64,000 nucleotides of DNA from Tubiluchus corallicola (lineage: Eukaryota; Animalia; Priapulida): positions 218,449 to 282,448 of the forward strand of contig JAQGDQ010000306.1 of the NCBI GenBank assembly GCA_030141605.1, written 5' to 3'. Numbering within the stretch: the first letter of the stretch is position 1; every line of letters starts with the position of its first letter. The notes below the pieces were generated by a model. That model saw nothing but the letters and a program-made list of their open reading frames with translations. It searched no databases and was not told the origin of the DNA. Below are positions 55,396-64,000 of this stretch, one piece after another. Made by a program: the position numbers and the translations under genes.

Positions 55396-55854
55396 TACCG
55401 TATTTTCCCGTGTATAAGAGACCCTTTTTTGCTCAGAATTTTCACTTTAAAAATAGGGGGTCTCTTATACATGGGAGTAAGTCTTTTCAATAAGATGCAT
55501 AAATTGTGACACTAATGATTTTAAAGAAATAAGTGCTCTACAACTGTTTTGCGTGTCGCGTTCGACTATGAAGCGGTTGTAAGCAATACAAGCATCGTGA
55601 CACAGGCATTATCTCCTCGTTTTCTCTTTTCCTGTTACAGGTTTGCAGGTACGCACTTTAATATATACCAGTACTCTTTTTCTACAACACATTAACTGGT
55701 TTTATTTTGTTTTCAGTACCGCACTGAGTTGAAAAAAGTTGTACTTTACCCTCTAAAAATGTCCGTCTGAAAAAACGTTTTTCCAGAATTTTTGCCTAAA
55801 AATTGAAGGGGTCTCTTATACACAAGGGTCTCTTATACACGGGAAAATACGGTA
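55396..55854. mobile_element. Tc1/mariner-superfamily (Tc2/pogo-like) MITE with TA TSD
   Basis: TA|CCGTATTTTCCCGTGTATAAGAGACCC ... GGGTCTCTTATACACGGGAAAATACGG|TA perfect TIR; extra internal GGGTCTCTTATACA copies. Confidence 0.9.
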
Positions 55855-57444
55855 AATTTCTTTGATAACTACGTGCAATTGAACTGTCCTTTTCCATATA
55901 ACATGCGTCTTTCTTTTGAAGAAACCTTCCATGGATAACTTTAGCAAACATGCACATAAATTATTACAATTTGACATTGCAGTATAAGTAAGTACCTACA
56001 AAAGTCCTTGATTCATATATGGTTGTTAATTTAGAGAATGATGCTACAGCTTTATCAACACTGCAACTAAAATAAGTGGGTCAGCAAATCTTCAATCAAG
56101 AAGCTCTCATTTTTGCTCAATTTTACGAATGCTTACCTCTATCACTAATTCACTACTTATTGAACCACCTACATAGTATTAAATTGGCCTTATTAAAAAG
56201 GAAACTACTTGAATCTTCTACATTTGATGCAGAAATGTTATGAAATGCACTATTGCATGTTTGGCAAACTAATTTAGACATCTCTACTTAGCTCCATGCA
56301 GCAGTAGAACACTATTGTGATGGTTGGACCACAAGATATCTCACTATGGCTCCCAACTTTAATCTAAAGAATAAGGTTATAAACTAACAAAAAAAGAATT
56401 TTTATACTGCATAGTAGACAGTACCTTGAAACCTTAGGCTAGCAAACTATGCATTTCTGATCAGTTGGCATCCCTTCTGTGACTTTCCAAAGTAAATGCA
56501 ATACTCTGTTAATGACGACAAGTGCTGAAGTGACAAACTTTAGCTATTTTACCATCATGTCTTCGTGGAGGTAGAAAGTTAGCACACTTAAATTCTTGTA
56601 CACAATATATAAGTTTTCAAGAAGAGTTAGAGTAACCCTGACTGAAGTGAAGGATTGATGCACTGTGGAGGTATAAATGTAGCACACTCTCGATCACCTC
56701 CAAACTCTAACATCCACGACACATGGTAAAATGCTTCAAGATAATCCACACAGCCTGACAATCACATAAATGGATAAACAAGTAACATATGAATAACAGG
56801 TTTCAATGCTCCAGACAACAAAAATAACAGGGTCAGTAACACCCAGTGGTTATGGTCATGCCCGAGAAAACTGTGTTTTTAGACTCTTTAATGCTAATAT
56901 ACAGAAACAGGTCAATACAGATATTATGAAATAATAGTTTGTTTTTTGATATCACATTTACCTAGATTTGACCAAAATCATCACTGTGAGCAACGTCACA
57001 CAGCAGCAGTTAGGACTGACCTCTTTCTTCATTAGATGATAACTGAATGTCAAGTTTGTACTTGACATTCAGTAACAAGTATGTCGTGCCAATTCAATGT
57101 GCATAAAAATAACATGTCAATTTAAATTTTTCATACATAGTAATTTCAGTTATGCACCAAGCAAACTAGTAAGGCTAACAGTCAGTATAGCCAAAAACAA
57201 ACAAACCGAACATCTCTGCAGTAGATAATTTTGCTTTACTGAATGAAAGTCAAAACTTATTGAAATCTCTCACTTATAATTTGTGGGTTTCAAAATATTC
57301 ATTTGCAATTGCCTAAAAAATATACAGTAATCATCAACTTGGCATAACTAGCCAATTTAGCCAGTACACCCCACTCATAACTGTAATTGTTACTGTTGCC
57401 AGAGCAAAAAATGGCAGGAGATCCCTAGTGACTGTACACATTTG

Positions 57445-57636
<192 letters not shown>

Positions 57637-59070
57637 TTAGTGAAAAGAACCGCCAATAGTAAAAATACGACAAAAAAATATGTAAAAACGACACTGTTTT
57701 ATTGGTACTGTTGTAATATCATCAACAAAATACTGTGACCACCACCACTTCTGCATTAAGAAAGGCAAAAATACTCAGTAAAGTAAGAAAGTTTGCAAGC
57801 AAGAAAACTCTGCATGCATTAACTCCATTAGTCCTCTCCATTCAGAATGGCATAGAAGTTTTAAAGTACAGTAATGTCAAATCAAAAATTATAATTAAGG
57901 TCTCTCAACTCTACCACATGGTTTGAATGAAAATTGAACAGAAGAAATAGTCAATGAAAATATCTCTAACTTTACTTAACATTAGTGTTATTTTGACTTT
58001 CGTTTACAAACGAGTTAAGGAAATTTTCATTCCATTCTACAAACTGTCTTGTAAAAAGTGCATTTGCAAAAGAAATGCCTTCCCAAGGTATTTCGGTTCC
58101 TGAGGAATGTCTCTACACTCAACAATTATTGTTTTTTTAAATTTCTCAACCACCTTAAGTTGGTTAACTCGGTCACTCCTTAGCTTTTTTACGGTTGACC
58201 AGCCTTTTCATTGAACGATCTTTTGAATTGATGAAGGTGACTGAGAAGCTTTTCAGTTTTTTCTTGCTAATGTACCTTAAAAATGTTTCTTCCCTTTGGT
58301 ATAACTAATGGTGGGAAAGAGATCTTTAAACAGCTTAATATAAGTGCAAACCAACTCATTCTAACTCATTTTTAAATCTTATAGAATCAATTTTTATGTA
58401 GACAATGGTGTGAAATGAGGTCCCGCAAATTACTATCACATTATTTTGCTGCAAATTATCAGTAAACTCGAAGCTAAGTGTGCGAAATTTACTGGTTTTA
58501 GAGCAGCTAGTCAAAGCCCTTGAAACCCCTTGTCAACAACCCTAGACATATTTTTTAAGTTTTCTGACACTAAGGTCTCACAGGTGTCAACCAAATGACA
58601 TTCTGATCCTGATCTATTATATCGCCATATTCTATTACTGATATACATATATATATATATATACACCAATATATCTATTATATCAACAATTTGACTTACA
58701 AAGTGTTCATGAAAGGCAGTCTTAATCTGCATATAAAATCAAAACTGGTAGCTCTCAAAGTATGTAATAGCCTTTACTACGTTTCTATGCTTCTACTATT
58801 CAGTAACGACATACCATGCAGACTCTATCTTCTCTAAACTTACTGTAGCAGATAACGTCCAACACACTAAAAAACATCTTAAATTTCTTTAAACTAGGGC
58901 ACAGACTTGAATTGATTTGCCACCTTTAGTCCGCAAACTCGAGCTCGGATGCTTTTATCATGATCACAATAGTATCACTAGCATTCTGAGCATTTTATCT
59001 CTTTCTAAGCAGTTTTTGCTCTTTTGTTCTGTCTTGATGTCTTGACTTTATTTCAGTTTTAGATGGGAGA

Positions 59071-60569
59071 TAGAGCTGCACCAGAACCAGATTTTACTGA
59101 ACCAAACCAGTAACGAATTTTTCAAACCTTTTTTGGCCGAACCGAATTTCTACAATTTTATTTTGTCGAAACCGAATTTCTAAAATTTTGTTTTGCCAAA
59201 ACCGAATTTCTACAATTTTATTTTGCAGAAACGGAATTAAGCTGAACCGAATTATTAACTTATAGTAATAAATTTCAATAGTTACAAGTGGCCTCAACAG
59301 ATTTTTCAAAAAGGGTTTATTTTCACACTTGGGATGGGTAAAATTTTTGTATTACGTAACCCCCTTGATAAACTTACAAATTTCATTTTGATAACTCAAA
59401 CAGTAAGTAAACAGTACTTAAATCAGTTTTCATTAACAGATAACAGTATAGTAATCACTTTAATATTGTAAGTAATCATATAGCCAACATTTTACTTATA
59501 GTATCAGGGCCTCAAATATTTTACACTAAACTTCAATCTGCTACGTTAAAAACCTAATGAATAAAAAAATCTCATACGCTTGCGTTGATATGCATCGTTT
59601 ACCGCGCTTGACACAGTTACACTAAATTCACTGAACAATATTGACAATAATTATAAGGAAGCGGATATTGCTCGAATGATGAGAACCGTTTGTAAAGTAA
59701 ACAGCGTACCATTCTTTTCCTTATCCATGAGTAGTGCAAAAGCTTAATAAGAAGTTGACTAAACGTCCTTCAAATTAAATTACACTTTTTACTCCCTTTA
59801 ATAGCACTACATATATCCTTTTTAGTTCTCACTGTGTTTTATCATTATCTGATAAAGTTATGTTTTCTAAAATGGACACAAATTTACAAAAAAAATATGA
59901 GGGAACCCTAAACTTCTCACCTATTAATGTTCTGTTCCCAGACAATTTTTTTCCCAACGATACAGCACTGTCTGGCACAGCAGATGGGCATTCCTATTTT
60001 CACGAAGGGTGGGATAAGTTTAAAAACTCTACTGTGCTTTATCAGGTATAGGCTAAGTTGGTGTAATTGCACAAATTTCAAATATTTTTGCACCAGACAT
60101 TATATTAATTCACAATTTCTTCTGCTAAATTAACAGAAAAAGCCATGTGTACACACATCACAGAAATGAAGACCTCAACACGTGAAGAATGGCATCCTAG
60201 CGCCTCACCCCAAATGGTAAAATCGTACGAAGCTAGTTCAAGCTGCCAGCATATCATGAGCAAACAGTTTTGTTGAAAAATCGTCGGTTGATTTTGTAAT
60301 GTATCGGCTTAGTTGTATTGCCTAATGGCGGCATTCGTCTGACAAAAATTACAAATTATAAAAATGAATTTTTTATGTCGCAACCGAATTTATTTAAACA
60401 AACCGAATCGAAACCGATTTGCAAAATTTCCGTAGAATTTCTTAGAAAAAAATTATTATGGAAACAAAACTTTACAGAATTTTTTTCACCAACGAAACGA
60501 AACGAACCGAAAATTCACTTTGGTTTGGTAACCGAAATCCAGGTGTTTCCGAATTTCGGTGCATCCATA
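59071..60569. mobile_element. ~1.5-kb non-autonomous hAT-like element in the last AMMECR1 intron
   Basis: Termini TAGAGCTGCACC / TATGGATGCACC (reverse complement); flanks atgggaga vs atagaaga (6/8, degenerate 8-bp TSD); subterminal AACCGAA arrays at both ends, including a 30-bp tandem at 59140-59240. Confidence 0.65.
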
Positions 60570-61066
60570 ATAGAAGAACAACATTATGGAAATGATGGCT
60601 GTTGAACCTCTCTTGGGCCTTCTTTTGTGGATCACTTGTAACCTTGGGATCTCTCTTCAGAGATACCCAATATTGCTGCATCTGATAATTTTACTCTGGA
60701 CATTCTCAGGTGCAGAGCAGTCAATTGTAAACTCATCCTTTCCCTCGAGCCGTTTACCTACAGTATTCTTATCAGACAACTGTTTCCCTGTTGATTAGAA
60801 TCTCACCTGTTTTAAAAAAAGTATCAACAAGTATTTCGTATCACTACTAAATCAACAAAGAAAATTCTAATTTTGTTGGTTGGTATTTTATATTTTCACA
60901 TTCTAATGGTAGTCCCTTAGATTGATGCGGCCTTAGTTGGGGCAATCTGTAAAAAAATTAAATCTCCCTAAGGATACTTTAGCCTTTCTGCACAGCTTGA
61001 AAACTAATCCCATCAGTTTTTCTTTACAACTCTACTATTAAACATTTTAGCTATATTTACTATTTA

Positions 61067-61180
<114 letters not shown>

Positions 61181-61891
61181 TCAGTTCAGTGAAAGCCTGT
61201 ATAACCTCTCAAAAATGGTCATATAAAACCCATGCATAGCTTAATCCACGTCAATCTTGTTAATTGTTAATCTAAATAGAAGTCTTCAAACAAACCAGAA
61301 CATACACTTTCAAAGACAACAGTATTTTAGGTTAATTTCAAGATCAATATATTATCCAAGATGTATTTAAGCTTTTTCAAAAAAGAAAATAGCTTTACTA
61401 AAAAGGGGATCAATTAACAATGCAAATGATTGGATTAAAGCAAGCTTAGAAATTATTCGACAAAATACTGATTAATACTGCAAGTAATAAATGGTTAACA
61501 AACAAATATCATCTTGTTTTTCTCCACATTTATTAGGCCAAATTTTTATTTACCCTTTTATTTACAAAAAAGTACAGATTCAAGAGACTTATTCCACTAA
61601 AGATTGACGGAAAGCACTTTTTTAAAAAAAACCACAGCATAATATTCTTTTATTCAAATCAGCCAGTTGCTCCCATTGATTTTGTTTCTCAAAATACAGC
61701 CACATATCATTAGAGATTGTTTTGATTGAGTCTGACAATTACCAGAAAAAAACTTGAAATCTATTATTCATCTAGACATAAAATTCCAATTTTTAAAACA
61801 GTTAATGTTTACATGCTGATTTTAATCACAAACATATTGACAAATCTTAGACTTATTAATATGTAATAAATAACAGCTACATAAAATGTCA

Positions 61892-62071
<180 letters not shown>

Positions 62072-62533
62072 TTATTACATTTAGCATTACTATAACACTT
62101 CAATGCAAACACTTCAAAATAAACACTAATAGTGTTTATGAGTTTCAAAACTGGTTCCTCATTCAAGAGAAACAACACATTTACCTTATTGCAAATACTA
62201 AAGTATTAAATTTTTAGGTTGTACTAACTGAATTTATACACCGTACCAAAACCATGTTTACAACTTGCTTAAGAGTGGTTCCCTCATTTGAAATACAGAC
62301 TTAGATCCTGTCTGTATTTATGTTTTATTCACATTCAATTTTCCAGTATTTATATTTGATCTAAATTGAATTTCGTAGTTTTATAAAATATGTACATGAT
62401 CTACAGCTCTATCTCCATAAAATTAAATAAATGTACAAGCTGATACATGCAAAACTTTTTTCAGAAAAACAGAAATTTCCCTTTAGCACCAAGCATGTGA
62501 AAAAATTAAGAAATATACTAATGGTATAAATTA

Positions 62534-62680
<147 letters not shown>

Positions 62681-63004
62681 TCAATTATAACAAGAGGAAA
62701 ATTGTTACAAATCAGGCTAAGTCACACTTTCCAACTGACCCATTGATGACACATATTTCATTAGGTCACAGTTTCCATTTAAAGATAGCTGGTTTTACTT
62801 TTGAAATGTAACTTTTAACTGACTATTGCTTCAATTAACATGACACAGTTCAACAACAGTATTTTCCGTTGGATTATAATTAATACATCGCAAGCCATAA
62901 TGAAAAAACAGCGATATATTTAGACATGTTCACTGAATGCCCTAAGTTCAGTTTTTGGTCTCTTGTTACATGCAGAGCTAAGCCCATTCTACTGTTCATA
63001 TAGG

Positions 63005-63494
63005 TAAACTGGACTTCACATTTCACGGGCACACCAATTTACCAAACATAGTATTCTTCACCAAAAACTATGGGAAAAAATAAAAAAACAGAGATGAATC
63101 ACAGGTCAAATTTCGCCAGATAGTAGTCAGTAAGGAAGACTGTACAGAGTACAAAATGGATGCCTCGTTTTAGCTCCATGGCTAGTCTCAGTCTTGTCTT
63201 TACTATATAAGAATAAGGTGGTCAAGATGAAACAAACAATAAGAGAAAGTAAACTGGACTTCACATTTCACGGGCACACCAATTTACCAAACATAGTATT
63301 CTTCACCAAAAACTATGGGAAAAAATAAAAAAACAGAGATGAATCACAGGTCAAATTTCGCCAGATAGTAGTCAGTAAGGAAGACTGTACAGAGTACAAA
63401 ATGGATGCCTCGTTTTAGCTCCATGGCTAGTCTCAGTCTTGTCTTTACTATATAAGAATAAGGTGGTCAAGATGAAACAAACAATAAGAGAAAG
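63005..63494. repeat. 245-bp direct tandem duplication (2 copies) in an AMMECR1 intron
   Basis: taaactggacttcacatttcacggg...aataagagaaag at 63005-63249 and 63250-63494; identical by eye. Confidence 0.93.
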
Positions 63495-64000
63495 ATAAAC
63501 GCTTCTGATTCACATCTTCTTTTGGTATAATAATTATAAACAATTTAACCTTAGATATAACTAATCGTCCCTGTAGTCCTTTAAAAATATCTTTGGGCTA
63601 CTTATTTCCTTAGCACCTAATAATAGTATTATATAAAGAATAACTCACAGTCTTGCATATTGCACATACATGCCAATAAGTTGCTCTTTCGTGTGAACGA
63701 TTATTCATACACATTTCTACCTGTAGGTCTACATTTCTACTCATAGACTTTTAAAGCTAAAGCTATTAAACTGCTAAACTGAAATGAAACTGAACAAGTA
63801 ACCGATGCACAAAGATTTCATATAGTATACTGTTCTGTTTATTCTGTATTTTTACTAACTTAACAATGTTGATAGACTAGCAGTAGCAGATACTACACAC
63901 ATAAATAACAGTAAAGCTTAACTAATAACCAGTTATGTGGCAAAAAAATCGATGACAACAGCTGCGCGCCGCACTTGAGTATTCTATACAATAATAGCGA

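Noticed and set aside
60586-60806. ORFs 60586..60798 (+) and 60472..60681 (-), or an alternative AMMECR1 terminal exon
   Set aside because: No recognisable homology; splicing in at the nearby AG gives a stop after about 11 codons and would truncate the conserved domain.

Overview
AT-rich, intron-containing animal genomic DNA, probably from an invertebrate bilaterian; the taxon cannot be fixed from the sequence. Five genes can be reconstructed by hand from splice sites and translation. (1) The 5' part of a Shox homeobox gene (minus strand, 2 exons; the rest lies beyond position 1). (2) A complete 8-exon ATP6AP2/(pro)renin receptor gene (minus, 376 aa) whose last intron appears to use a GC donor. 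(3, 4) Two tandem 3-exon H-type ferritins (plus, 198 and 185 aa). (5) The last four coding exons of AMMECR1 (minus). Between and within them are decayed mobile elements: a Gypsy integrase remnant with PPT and short LTR, RTE and CR1/L2 LINE fragments, a Crypton-like fossil, and hAT, Tc2-like and TTAA-type non-autonomous elements. There are also microsatellites and near-perfect local tandem duplications. I see no clearly new multi-gene system. The most unusual part is the ferritin pair: non-vertebrate intron positions, no visible IRE, an altered three-fold channel, terminal extensions, a shared 3'UTR block, a MITE-invaded upstream region and a head-to-head arrangement with a V-ATPase accessory gene. 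All homology calls are from recognition by eye, not from database searches.
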